DNA of 64,000 nucleotides from the IMG/VR virus record IMGVR_UViG_3300008259_002957, one strand, 5' to 3'. Positions within the stretch are counted from its first letter, which is position 1. Each line of letters starts with the position of its first letter. This stretch comes from a virus (taxonomy: Duplodnaviria > Caudoviricetes). Both the position numbers and the translations under genes were made by a program. This document shows, in pieces, positions 38,285 through 48,312 of this stretch. The notes beneath the pieces are model-generated. The model searched no databases, was not told the origin of the DNA, and saw nothing but the letters and a program-made list of their open reading frames with translations.

Positions 38285-38847
38285 TTATATAACACAAATA
38301 CGCCACGGCGATTCTGTGACCATGCAACTTCATTTGAACCTAGTACCGCCGGCCGTTCTTTTCCAAAACTAACTGTTTGGATCCTATTAGCATCAATACC
38401 TTTAGCAACAAGACTATCTTTGAGTGCCGATGCACGTTTTTCTCCTAGGTACAAGTTATATTCTCTTGTTCCGCGCTCATCTGCATGACCTTCGATAGTC
38501 ACAGTATATGCAGGGTAATCCTTCATAAACTTTGCTACTTCGTCAATAAGTGTATTACTTTCAGTAGTAGCAATATATCCATCATAATTGAAGAATGCAC
38601 GAGAATGCCCAATGTCATCTCTGCGTGTCATTTCATCAATAACCGACTGTAGTTCAACCATTTGTTTTTCTAAAACTTCAATCTGTGTTTGAAGTTCTGA
38701 CTTGTGGCCAGTAATGGAATTGTTTAGTTGTGTTACAGCATCGGTGATTTGATCGTTAACATAAGTCTTAATATCTTCTGGTGGTGCAGTTTGTGCAATT
38801 GCTGCGGTGCCTACAAGCATAGCAGCGACAAGTGTAAGTTTTTTCAT
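38281..38847 (-). CDS. Pal/OmpA-family peptidoglycan-binding protein
   Basis: IEGHADERGTREYNLYLGEKRA...VSFGKERP...NRR; signal peptide without lipobox Cys. Confidence 0.88.
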   Translation of the reverse strand: MKKLTLVAAMLVGTAAIAQTAPPEDIKTYVNDQITDAVTQLNNSITGHKSELQTQIEVLEKQMVELQSVIDEMTRRDDIGHSRAFFNYDGYIATTESNTLIDEVAKFMKDYPAYTVTIEGHADERGTREYNLYLGEKRASALKDSLVAKGIDANRIQTVSFGKERPAVLGSNEVAWSQNRRGVFVLYK

Positions 38848-39629
38848 TGTGTTCTCCTGTTGTAATTAAAGTCGTAAATTTCTTTTACTATTTTATCAAA
38901 GTCGTTTAGTTTTATCATGTTTGGACCATCGCTGGGTGCATTGTCAGGATCAGGGTGTACTTCTAAGAAGAAGTTACTAACACCCATAGCACTGGCTGCA
39001 CGACACAGAGGCTGTACATAAGCACGATTCCCACCACTGGAGTTTCCTTGGCCGCCGGGTTTTTGAACAGCGTGTGTCGCATCGAATATCAACGGTACGT
39101 TATAATTATCAAGTATATACTGCATCCCAGTAAAGTCAACCACTAAAGTATTATATCCGAAGCTAGTTCCTCGTTCTGTTATCCAAACTTCTTTTGCAGG
39201 TTCAGTCTTACTTAAAATTCCTGCCACATCCCAAGGTGCAAGAAACTGTCCTTTTTTAATATTAACAATTTTTTTACTCTTACATGCTGCATGAATTAAA
39301 TCAGTTTGTCTACATAAAAAAGCAGGTATTTGTAGTACGTCAACTGCATCGTCATACCCCTCGGTGATCATCATAATATTAGCAGGTGAATGAACATCTG
39401 TCAATGTTTTCAAGTTGGATATGCGAGATTTTAATTCTTCAAAATCTCGCATAGTGGAATGTAAACCTTGTCCACGAATTCCGTTGATGTGTGTTCTATT
39501 TGCTTTATCAAAACTGGCTTTGAAAATATATTCAATACCGTAGTCATCGCAAACTGCTTTACAATGTTGTGCAATTTCTAAACTTTGAGCGTATGATTCG
39601 TGTTGGCATGGGCCGGCAATTATTTTCAT
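38844..39629 (-). CDS. kdsA: Kdo-8-phosphate synthase
   Basis: IAGPC, FKASFDKANRT, QIPAFLCRQTDL, NIKKGQF, ERGTSFGY, FDATHAVQKPGG, SDGPN. Confidence 0.95.
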   Translation of the reverse strand: MKIIAGPCQHESYAQSLEIAQHCKAVCDDYGIEYIFKASFDKANRTHINGIRGQGLHSTMRDFEELKSRISNLKTLTDVHSPANIMMITEGYDDAVDVLQIPAFLCRQTDLIHAACKSKKIVNIKKGQFLAPWDVAGILSKTEPAKEVWITERGTSFGYNTLVVDFTGMQYILDNYNVPLIFDATHAVQKPGGQGNSSGGNRAYVQPLCRAASAMGVSNFFLEVHPDPDNAPSDGPNMIKLNDFDKIVKEIYDFNYNRRTQ

Positions 39630-39630
39630 A

Positions 39631-39888
39631 TTATTTACTTTCTCTACAAATGTAGTAAATCATTTTTAATTTGTCAAGTTCGTTTTTAAGTGTCTGATGT
39701 TTTTTTGCTAGTTGTATCATCTCTTGCCATTCAGAAAATGAAAATATATTTTCCATTGCAAGCGAGTCTGCTGTACCACCTATTACCCATCTTGGTATTG
39801 TATTGTGCGGCGGATCTCTGTATCTAGCATATACTGTACCGTTTACTCGTTCGTAAATAAGTGCTGCACCCGGAATTAATTTTGTCAT
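39631..39888 (-). CDS. Hypothetical protein
   Basis: LIYERVNGTVYAR motif; 85 aa. Confidence 0.65.
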   Translation of the reverse strand: MTKLIPGAALIYERVNGTVYARYRDPPHNTIPRWVIGGTADSLAMENIFSFSEWQEMIQLAKKHQTLKNELDKLKMIYYICRESK

Positions 39889-40679
39889 TTTCGCATACCA
39901 TTAAACACAGTTGTTTTAACTTTTTCGTTATCTTGGTCGATACTGTTAATCAAGTTAAAATTTAAATTATGATCGTTGAGTATTGATATTAATGCTTTGA
40001 CGTCTTTTGGCAAACACATTCCACCGTAACCTCTAAGATTATTATTTACATCTAGATATAAGTCGTTTGATTTTCCAGTAAGTATATAGGAATTTTTAAC
40101 CAAACTATAATCGCAATTAAATTTTTCACAAACTTCGTACATGATATTTGCAAATGTAATTCTAAGTGCTGCATATACATTGTTAAAGTATTTTAAAATC
40201 TCTGCTTCTGTTGGTGTTAGTTGTTTAGAATTTTTTGGTAAATGTCCGTGAGCAGAAATAATCTTTTGATAAACATAAACGTCATTTGTTCCAACAGCCA
40301 ACAGTTGATGATTATTAATAAAGTCGTCTGCTGCACAACGTTCTCTTAAAAATTCTGGAACAAAGCAAATTATTAAATTTGGATATTTTTCAATTACTTT
40401 TTCAGTAAATCCAGGAGTTACAGTACTTCTTATTGCAATAATACCGCTGTATTCTTTTTTATTCAATTCGAAAATAACTTCTTCAACAATCGATGTATTG
40501 CATTTGTTAGAATCGTCTGTGGGAGTTGGAACACATAAAAATATAATCTCAGTATCTAGTACGTTATTGAGAGTTGTATCAAATTTAATGTCATGGCTCT
40601 TAACCTGATGACCCAATAGTGTAAATCCTGCGGCATTTGCACTGCCTACAATACCCATACCAACTATTCCAATTTTCAT
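39885..40679 (-). CDS. UDP-glucose/GDP-mannose dehydrogenase family protein
   Basis: GMGIVG, FLCVPTP, RSTVTPG, PEFLRE, KYFNN, GYGGMCLPKD. Confidence 0.9.
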   Translation of the reverse strand: MKIGIVGMGIVGSANAAGFTLLGHQVKSHDIKFDTTLNNVLDTEIIFLCVPTPTDDSNKCNTSIVEEVIFELNKKEYSGIIAIRSTVTPGFTEKVIEKYPNLIICFVPEFLRERCAADDFINNHQLLAVGTNDVYVYQKIISAHGHLPKNSKQLTPTEAEILKYFNNVYAALRITFANIMYEVCEKFNCDYSLVKNSYILTGKSNDLYLDVNNNLRGYGGMCLPKDVKALISILNDHNLNFNLINSIDQDNEKVKTTVFNGMRK

Positions 40680-41527
40680 AATAAACTTTCTATTGTTTTT
40701 TTTAACCCATTATACAGTGTTGTATACTTTGTAAATCCTGTTAACTTTTGAACCAGTGCAGTGTCCGGACAACGTCTTGTTACACTGCCTTTTGGCGAAG
40801 GATGCACAGTTAACAAATTAGGATCAACACCCATGATTTCCATGATAATTTTTGCAACAGTACTTATTTCAATTTCATCCTGGTGTCCTACGTTGACAAT
40901 ACGATTGCTATGATTTAAAATCAATTGATGAGTCATTTCAATTGCGTCGTCGATATAGCAAAAACTTCTAGTATCATTACCGTTGATATAATACTCTTGT
41001 TTTTTTACACGCTGGACAAATTCTGATACAAAATGATCTTTTTGACCAGGTCCGTAGATATTGAAGTAACGAATAACCAACCAAGGCATGCCGGAGTTAA
41101 TAACAAGATTTTCTCCTAGTGCTTTTGGGATACTGTAACTCCATCTTGGATTTTCGATGTCCTGAAATAATATAGGAACACGCTCGTCAGTGGGTACAGG
41201 ATAAATCCCCGTGTCTACTGCACCATTAAAAATTTCGCAGGTGCTGGCAAACACAAATTTAGTGTTGGTATTCCTGTACCGGTCAACAAGATTAAATGTT
41301 GGCAATGTATTATTAAATGCAACTTCTACGGGCTGTTCATAAAACAGTTTGGTTCCGTTAGTTGCTGCCAGATGTACAACTACGTCAACATCTGGCAAAG
41401 TCTGCACAAAGTTGCAATCTTTTAAATCTTGATGACTTTGAAGATCGCAGCCTATTGCATCAGGGTATACTCTATTATAATAATAACTTCCGATGAAACC
41501 TTGGTGACCGGTAACAAGATATTTCAT
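40676..41527 (-). CDS. NAD-dependent epimerase/dehydratase
   Basis: TGHQGFIG, HLAA, YSIPK (YxxxK), RYFNIYGPGQ, TRSFCYIDD. Confidence 0.92.
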   Translation of the reverse strand: MKYLVTGHQGFIGSYYYNRVYPDAIGCDLQSHQDLKDCNFVQTLPDVDVVVHLAATNGTKLFYEQPVEVAFNNTLPTFNLVDRYRNTNTKFVFASTCEIFNGAVDTGIYPVPTDERVPILFQDIENPRWSYSIPKALGENLVINSGMPWLVIRYFNIYGPGQKDHFVSEFVQRVKKQEYYINGNDTRSFCYIDDAIEMTHQLILNHSNRIVNVGHQDEIEISTVAKIIMEIMGVDPNLLTVHPSPKGSVTRRCPDTALVQKLTGFTKYTTLYNGLKKTIESLL

Positions 41528-41528
41528 G

Positions 41529-42152
41529 TTAACCTATAGTGGTTACGTTTAGTTTTTTCTTTAGGTAGTTTAAGAAGAGACCATACAACGGTAGGAACAC
41601 TAAGAATCCAATTGCAATTTTAATACCCACTTGTGAGTGTGCAACTGAAACCCAGTTTTCAGACATAAATGCATCTGCTGAACCATGGAAGGCTACTGAG
41701 AAGAATGTGTATGTATCAATGATGGTTGCTGCAACAGTTGATATTGCAGGAGCAGCCCACCAATTGTCAGTCCAACGTTCTCTAATGTGTTGGAACACAT
41801 AAACGTCAAGTAGTGTACCAACTGCATAAGCAGTAGCACTGGCAAAGCCGATACGTAGTGCAACACTTTCAGGAGCACCACTTGCTAACACAACTGCGAT
41901 AGAAGCGATAATCGCAAATGGGTAAGCAAACGCAATAGTTGCTCTTGCTGTTTCTTTTCCTAGTAGTCTAACAGTCAAGTCTGTTGCAAGAACTACTAGA
42001 GGGAATGTAAGTGCCGACCAACTAATAACAAAGCCTGCTAGTGTAAATGTGCTACTAACAATTGCGTTCGAAATTGTAATAATAGCAACATGTAATAGTA
42101 CTAATTTAATTAACATTGACCTATCAATGTTTTGTAATAATCCAAACATCAT
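41529..42152 (-). CDS. Queuosine-precursor (preQ0/preQ1) transporter, YhhQ/VUT family
   Basis: ISN, FPLVVLATDLTVRLLG, RIGFASATAYAVGTLLDVYVF, WWAAP, IDTYTFFSVAF. Confidence 0.88.
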   Translation of the reverse strand: MMFGLLQNIDRSMLIKLVLLHVAIITISNAIVSSTFTLAGFVISWSALTFPLVVLATDLTVRLLGKETARATIAFAYPFAIIASIAVVLASGAPESVALRIGFASATAYAVGTLLDVYVFQHIRERWTDNWWAAPAISTVAATIIDTYTFFSVAFHGSADAFMSENWVSVAHSQVGIKIAIGFLVFLPLYGLFLNYLKKKLNVTTIG

Positions 42153-42159
42153 GTTTCCT

Positions 42160-42516
42160 TTATATTTTGGTGCCTATTGTACGACGAACAATGTCATCGT
42201 GGTTAAACTCGGCCCAATATAGTTCAAAGGCGACACCGTCTTCTAAACCTTCAAACTGATGTATCTTGCCGGGCTTGACTTGCGTAAAGTCTCCGGCGCC
42301 GAGTATAGTCTCATCAACTAGACCTTGCTGGTCTGCGTCTTGCCAAACACGGATTAGCATTTTGCCTGATTCAACAAAGAATCCGTTCCATTTAAATCTG
42401 TGTTCGTGTTCGCTGCATTTGTATCCTGCTCGAAATTCTATACGGTGAAATTCCAGTACACCGTTGGCGTGGATAAGTTCGGTATTACCCCAAATCTTTC
42501 CTGCTTTAATTCCCAT
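42160..42516 (-). CDS. Cupin-domain protein
   Basis: KIWG, CSEHEH, VESG, PGKIHQF, ELYW. Confidence 0.8.
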   Translation of the reverse strand: MGIKAGKIWGNTELIHANGVLEFHRIEFRAGYKCSEHEHRFKWNGFFVESGKMLIRVWQDADQQGLVDETILGAGDFTQVKPGKIHQFEGLEDGVAFELYWAEFNHDDIVRRTIGTKI

Positions 42517-43022
42517 TATAGTAATCTCCCAAAATCAATAATTTCGCTCTGTCTGTTGATGTCTTTTACAAAAAATGCACACAACGGATTGTCACCGTTG
42601 GTAATAGGTATACTTAACAGTTGTCCGTTACGCATTTTTGGAAAATACCATTTTACATCATTGTAAAAATTAAGTATTTCTATTCTACCAAACTGTGGAT
42701 AACTTCCGGTTAGTGGGTTAAAAAGAAATGCTTCAAACCCTCTATCATTTAAACTCGTTAAGGGTAATACTTCTAAATCTGATCCTGCGTCACTGCATCC
42801 TACAGCAATACACCAGTCTAGAGGCATGGTAATTTCGTGACCGTTAATTTCTAATACTATTGCAGGACTGTTAAAACTTTCTAGAAAAATTAGTGGGTTA
42901 AAAAAGAAATCCGGATCCAAAGGATTACTGTTATCTAATACTGCAAATCTTACTGTTTCTTCTACGGATTCGGGTAAACGATTTAGTGAAAATGTTTTGT
43001 TCTCAAGTGTTAAAATTCTCAT
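42516..43022 (-). CDS. Hypothetical conserved phage protein
   Basis: 168-aa ORF adjacent to UvsW. Confidence 0.7.
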   Translation of the reverse strand: MRILTLENKTFSLNRLPESVEETVRFAVLDNSNPLDPDFFFNPLIFLESFNSPAIVLEINGHEITMPLDWCIAVGCSDAGSDLEVLPLTSLNDRGFEAFLFNPLTGSYPQFGRIEILNFYNDVKWYFPKMRNGQLLSIPITNGDNPLCAFFVKDINRQSEIIDFGRLL

Positions 43023-43031
43023 TTTTAGTTA

Positions 43032-44489
43032 TTAATTCCAATCAATCTTTTCGAGAGTAAACGGGTATTGAGCTTCTGCGTAATACTTTTTACGTTGAGC
43101 CAGATGCCGCTTCGCAAACTTACAAGTACTTGTAAGATCCCATATCTGTACGAAGTCTTTATCTTTTGCCTTTCTAACGCCTCTGCCTATTGATTGAATA
43201 ACACGTACAAAACTTTTGCCCGGCTCAAACAGTACAAGATTAAATATGCGTGGTATGTTAATACCAACTGCTGCCACGCCATAGGTAGCAATAATAACCA
43301 TGTTGGTAGCGTCTTGTACTTCGTTGTATGTTTCTTTACGGTCTTTGGTTTTTACTGCACCGTTGATAAACACAGAGCCAGGAATAAGTTTTTGTAACTC
43401 TACGCCTGCTGTAATTCTGTCTACTAAAATAAGTGTGTTGCCTGAATCTTTAATTTTTAATAAAAGTTTGCTGATGTAATCTAAACGTTTTTCGTCTGTT
43501 ACAAGATACTTTAATTCTGCCTGATAATCTCTAAATTCTTTGGTGTCAATCAACTGACATATGTTAACATGACATGCAGACAAGATACCCTTGTCTTGTA
43601 ATTCTTTTGCAGTCACAGATCCTATTACTGGACCAAGACTTGCTAGTATACTTTGGAATTCATAATCCTCTTTTGGAATAGTTCCAGTCACTCCCCAACG
43701 TATCGGGCAGTTGTTCAAGTTCTGTGTTAGTATTGCTTTTAATACTTCTGCTTTTGCTTGGTGTACTTCGTCAACAATAACTGCACTTACACCATCTAAA
43801 AACTCGTCCAATCCAAATGTGCTTTCGCCATTCTTATGACGTTTTTCGAGAATGTTAAGACTTTGCCATGTGCATATAGTGTGTGTCTTGCCAAAGTCTT
43901 TTCTGTCACCGTAATATACACCAACATCTAGTCTACAATTTTTGTAGTCATCTTCGGTTTGTTCTACTAGACTTTTGTTAGGAACAATTATCAGTGTACG
44001 TCCGTATGGTTCACAAACTTTTGATAATGTTGCTGTGGTAATTGTTTTACCAGCACCAGTTGACACTTCTTGTAAACTTTGTGGATTCTCCAAGAACCGA
44101 TTGATAACTTCTACTTGGTCATCTCTTAGCCTAACAGGTTCGCCTTCAAATCTGTGTCCTTTTGGCCAACATACGTCTCCCCAAAATTCTTCAGTCACTG
44201 GTGTAAAATTTATATTGATTGGATTTCGACGATCTTCAATTTCAGAAATTGAAATACCATTTTGTTCAAGTATTGGCAGCAACACATCTAAATGATTTAG
44301 ATAGCCCGATCCTCCAATACCAAAAAAGCCAACCTTACCGTCCCATCTGCCTAGTTTAAACTGAGGCATATGGCGTGCATACGGGACATCAAATTTTAAT
44401 GTGTTAGAAAGTTTGCGTCGAACATCAACGTCGAGTCCTTCAAACTTAATATTAACTTCGTCTTCAATAATTAACTTAGTAGTGCCCAT
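43032..44489 (-). CDS. uvsW: SF2 DNA helicase (UvsW-like)
   Basis: STGAGKT, VDEVH, GVTGT, ATYGVAAVGINIP, QSIGRGVR. Confidence 0.9.
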   Translation of the reverse strand: MGTTKLIIEDEVNIKFEGLDVDVRRKLSNTLKFDVPYARHMPQFKLGRWDGKVGFFGIGGSGYLNHLDVLLPILEQNGISISEIEDRRNPININFTPVTEEFWGDVCWPKGHRFEGEPVRLRDDQVEVINRFLENPQSLQEVSTGAGKTITTATLSKVCEPYGRTLIIVPNKSLVEQTEDDYKNCRLDVGVYYGDRKDFGKTHTICTWQSLNILEKRHKNGESTFGLDEFLDGVSAVIVDEVHQAKAEVLKAILTQNLNNCPIRWGVTGTIPKEDYEFQSILASLGPVIGSVTAKELQDKGILSACHVNICQLIDTKEFRDYQAELKYLVTDEKRLDYISKLLLKIKDSGNTLILVDRITAGVELQKLIPGSVFINGAVKTKDRKETYNEVQDATNMVIIATYGVAAVGINIPRIFNLVLFEPGKSFVRVIQSIGRGVRKAKDKDFVQIWDLTSTCKFAKRHLAQRKKYYAEAQYPFTLEKIDWN

Positions 44490-45657
44490 TTGTTCTTGTT
44501 TTTCTAATTAGGCTGAGATCCTCGTCGTAAAACACAACTAAATCAGTTGCATCAAGAGTATAAGTTTGTACAGAATTGTTTGATCTCAAACTAGATAACC
44601 CTAAAACAGCCATTGGCTGCCAATCGCTACGCAGTAGCAGTTTTGGCAGTTTATTCTTACTAATATACACAACTTTAGTACTTTTGTCAAGCCAATTGTT
44701 TAAGTTATTGTCTTTAATGAAATTATTTAGATTGTACTCTGTCTTTTTGTCATTTTCAATTCTAAACAACACAGTCTGCTCTGCGCTGGAATAAACATTG
44801 GACACAGCGTTATATATTGCAGAAACTTGGGTCAATGAGTTTTCCTCGTCCACCAGCACCAGCAAAGGAAAGCGTTGCAGTTGATACAATACTTCAACCA
44901 CTTCGTGTAGTTTGTATTTTGTTGGGCTAACAGCAATCTGTCCATCTTGTCTATACAACATTTCGCCAAGCAGTCCGTTGGGTTGATCAAACTCAAAACG
45001 AGCAATACCGTAACGTTCTCTACGGTCAAAATACATCATAAGATTGCTGCTGTTTAACGGGCCCAGTTCTGATTCCATTAACTCGATTGCAGATGATCTA
45101 AAGTTACGCAGTTCGTTGTTGTATACACCCGGAATAAGATTTGCACTCTCTGCACGAACTTCTTTGATTTTTTCGTAGTGTTCGAGTAAATCGGGCTCAA
45201 TGTAAAAACTTTTTTCTTTAAATTTTTCTACTACTGCTTCCGCAGTTAGTTCGTTGAATTTAAAATAATGCTCGTGAGAACCTTTTTCGTGTTTGTAAAA
45301 ACGTCGTAACTTTGATGCAAGTTCTTCAATCAACACAATAGTTTTTTTGTTAAACGGAAACCGAACAGATATCATTCCGTTGCTGTTAACAGTGACAGTT
45401 TTTGTTCTGTCAACTGAACGTAGAGGCTGACGCAGTGTGTCGAGTGCTGATTCAAAATCGGCAGGTGTTTCAAACTCCAACACTATCTGTTCTTGATATG
45501 CACGTATCTTATTTTTTGCAAGTTCGAACTGAAGATCAGTTAATGCAGTATTACGAGCAATTTGTCGTGCAATACTATAAAGAATACCTTTATCAGAGAC
45601 AGAGGCAATGTCAGATAGTTTTATAAACTCAATGATGTCTTCGATGTTTTTTAGCAT
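44476..45657 (-). CDS. Hypothetical protein
   Basis: 393 aa; TTGACA-N17-TACAAT at 45664-45692 (minus). Confidence 0.7.
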   Translation of the reverse strand: MLKNIEDIIEFIKLSDIASVSDKGILYSIARQIARNTALTDLQFELAKNKIRAYQEQIVLEFETPADFESALDTLRQPLRSVDRTKTVTVNSNGMISVRFPFNKKTIVLIEELASKLRRFYKHEKGSHEHYFKFNELTAEAVVEKFKEKSFYIEPDLLEHYEKIKEVRAESANLIPGVYNNELRNFRSSAIELMESELGPLNSSNLMMYFDRRERYGIARFEFDQPNGLLGEMLYRQDGQIAVSPTKYKLHEVVEVLYQLQRFPLLVLVDEENSLTQVSAIYNAVSNVYSSAEQTVLFRIENDKKTEYNLNNFIKDNNLNNWLDKSTKVVYISKNKLPKLLLRSDWQPMAVLGLSSLRSNNSVQTYTLDATDLVVFYDEDLSLIRKTRTNGHY

Positions 45658-45659
45658 AC

Positions 45660-46520
45660 CTAAATTGTAACATTTTCAAGTTTGGGTGTCAATCTCTTTA
45701 ACGGCAATCCTTGACGTATTTCATCTACTGTCCATTCAGTGTATGCGTAATCGTTGAGCCATTGTGCTCTGTCTGGCTTTGCAGGGTTTTCAATATCAGC
45801 AAAATCTTGCGTTGCAACATCCCATGCTAGACTACCGGGTCCTACGATTGCAGGTATTCCTGCAATAACGCTTTGTGGGCCAGGATTTGAACTCCAACTA
45901 ACTGTTGTCCAAACTCTCGAGAATGCCAAATCAAAATTATCATAAGATCCAGAAATCTGTACAGGATCTTGTCTATACACATTTTTTAATCCGCGTTCGA
46001 TATGCGGCAATGGACAACGAGGATGTGGTCTAAAAATTATTGGACGTTCGGTATATTGTCTAATAGTGTCGATGGTTTCAATTACCCAGTTGCTTATAAT
46101 AGGCATATCTTGCCATTGTAAACTTTTGTTATGTTGTCCGCAAAGTAATACAAATTCGCCGTTGTCTTTCCAATTAGACAATTTTAAACCCAAGCGAGTA
46201 GCACGATTTTCGTTGTTGTTAGTGGGCCCAAAATAAGCATTACGATTGATTCCGTTGATGCCTACTTTCCAAGTTGTTCCTCTATGTATACCACCTATTT
46301 CTAATACTACTACGTTTCTTCCTGTTTTACGATAATAATCCCACACAGGTTTATTTCCCGACATACGCCCATTCCAAAGAACACTCCATATAACAGCAAC
46401 ATCGCAGTGCATGTCGCTTTCACAAACTGTATGCCCTGCTGCTACTAAACTTTGTTCAAATGCTTCAAATACAGGTTTACTGTTTAGTGCGCCATATTCT
46501 TTGAATAGACTAAATTTCAT
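45660..46520 (-). CDS. Capsule-biosynthesis-like / glycosyltransferase-like protein
   Basis: RPIIFRPHP, SSNPGPQSVIAGIPAI, WLNDYAYTEWTVDEIRQG. Confidence 0.7.
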   Translation of the reverse strand: MKFSLFKEYGALNSKPVFEAFEQSLVAAGHTVCESDMHCDVAVIWSVLWNGRMSGNKPVWDYYRKTGRNVVVLEIGGIHRGTTWKVGINGINRNAYFGPTNNNENRATRLGLKLSNWKDNGEFVLLCGQHNKSLQWQDMPIISNWVIETIDTIRQYTERPIIFRPHPRCPLPHIERGLKNVYRQDPVQISGSYDNFDLAFSRVWTTVSWSSNPGPQSVIAGIPAIVGPGSLAWDVATQDFADIENPAKPDRAQWLNDYAYTEWTVDEIRQGLPLKRLTPKLENVTI

Positions 46521-46558
46521 TGGTTAAATACTCCAGTATTATTTAACAAGGATTTAAT

Positions 46559-47395
46559 ATGACAAATATCACTGTGGTTACAACATTTCACCAAGCCGGC
46601 TTGGAGTTATACGGTCAACGATTCTTAGATAGTTTTGCCAAGCGAGTTGACAAACGTATCAAGTTATTGGTTTACACTGAAAATTGTAACCCAGTTAATC
46701 CCGATCCCGATCAAGTTATTATTTTAAATGCTGCTGACTCGTTGACTAAATTAAATGCGTTTAAATCACGTTGGAGAGATGTGCCCAAAGCAAATGGAAA
46801 ATGTCCGTGGCCGGAGCGTAGACCAAGAGATTGGAATAAAGAGTTTAAGTGGAATGCTGTAAGATTTGCCAACAAAGTTTATGCAGTATTTGATGCATGT
46901 AACCGAAGCAGCGATTGGTGTGTATGGATGGATGCTGATACATTTGTACATTCAGATTGGAGTTATGAAGAATTTAAGAGTCTTCTTCCAGACACAAGTT
47001 GGATTACATATGTAGGGCGTGGAAAGGGTTCGCAAACTTGGCCAGAGTGTGGATTTTATGGGTTAAATTTAAAAAATGGTGTATGTCAAGAATTTCTTGT
47101 TGAATTCGAACGTTCTTACGAAGATGCTGACAACGGAATATTTTTATTAGATGAATGGCATGATAGTTTTGTGTTTGGAACAATTTTAAATCAGATGAAA
47201 AATCGTCATCCTAATGTACTTGATTACAGTGCTGAAATGTATCTAACACAAGCAAAAACAGGCGGTGGTGGTCATCCGTTGATTAATACCAAATTAGGTC
47301 AATGGATAGATCACATGAAGGGCGATCGAAAAACATTAGGAAAAAGCAAATCTTCAGATATTATGGTTAAAAGAAAAGAAGGTTACTGGCAATAA
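46559..47395 (+). CDS. GT-A-like glycosyltransferase
   Basis: RFANKVYA, WMDAD (DxD), EWHDS; the only plus-strand gene in this cluster. Confidence 0.75.
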   Translation: MTNITVVTTFHQAGLELYGQRFLDSFAKRVDKRIKLLVYTENCNPVNPDPDQVIILNAADSLTKLNAFKSRWRDVPKANGKCPWPERRPRDWNKEFKWNAVRFANKVYAVFDACNRSSDWCVWMDADTFVHSDWSYEEFKSLLPDTSWITYVGRGKGSQTWPECGFYGLNLKNGVCQEFLVEFERSYEDADNGIFLLDEWHDSFVFGTILNQMKNRHPNVLDYSAEMYLTQAKTGGGGHPLINTKLGQWIDHMKGDRKTLGKSKSSDIMVKRKEGYWQ

Positions 47396-48312
47396 TTTCT
47401 CATATGACGCCAGGCTGAGCCGTCCTCGAGTTCACTAAACTTCCAATGAAACATCGATATTCTTTCTAGCCATTGTTGTCTATCAAAATCTTCTGGATTT
47501 TCTATTTTACTAAAGTCTGTATTAGCAACATCTTTACACTGACTGTTCTCTGGGTCGGTTATAAATCCACGATATCCCTTGATAATAGGTCCTACAATTG
47601 CACTGCTATTATGATTAACCACTGCCCAGGCATTTGATAAATCGGTTTCTAAAGAATTGTTAAAATTACTGATTGATACATTCGGCAAGTTTTTTATTAA
47701 AGTTTTTTTAGGATCTAAATAAGTTTTAGACTGCTTATCTCCGGGATGAGATCTTATTAAAATTGGTCTGTTTGAATATTGTCTAATTTTTTTAATTGTG
47801 TTTAGAGCCCATTGTTGTGTGTCTATACCACTCATGCTCCACCCGCCGTTTCTTTGTAACATCAGCAGTATATGTTTGCCTTGTGTTTTTACGTTTTCTA
47901 TGTTGATGTTACAATCTTTAGATATTTGTTGCCATCTAGCAGGATTTACTTTATCGTCGCAATAGATTCCTGTATTAGGAAAAACTCCGTTGAAACTATA
48001 TCGTAGATATCCGTGAGGATTGATTTTGTTTGAATACAAAAACAAATTTGCATCAGCAACCACCACATACTTTTTGTTTTTTATCTGAGTATCGATTATT
48101 TGTTTTCTTAACTTTAAATGCGGCGAGGAAATATCGTCATAGACCCACCCTTGTATTACACCTACATCTGCAGGTAATACTTCGCCGTTATTTTCTATTA
48201 TTCCTTCGTCGCTGTTTTTTACAACACCGGTAATAAATTTTAATAAAAGTTCTGTTTTTTGTTGATTGGTATTTTTTGCTGGAACAGTTTTAAGATAACT
48301 AACTATCTTCAT
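47383..48312 (-). CDS. Capsule-biosynthesis-like / glycosyltransferase-like protein
   Basis: RPILIRSHPGD, HNSSAIV, WLERISMFHWKFSELEDG. Confidence 0.7.
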   Translation of the reverse strand: MKIVSYLKTVPAKNTNQQKTELLLKFITGVVKNSDEGIIENNGEVLPADVGVIQGWVYDDISSPHLKLRKQIIDTQIKNKKYVVVADANLFLYSNKINPHGYLRYSFNGVFPNTGIYCDDKVNPARWQQISKDCNINIENVKTQGKHILLMLQRNGGWSMSGIDTQQWALNTIKKIRQYSNRPILIRSHPGDKQSKTYLDPKKTLIKNLPNVSISNFNNSLETDLSNAWAVVNHNSSAIVGPIIKGYRGFITDPENSQCKDVANTDFSKIENPEDFDRQQWLERISMFHWKFSELEDGSAWRHMRNYCQ

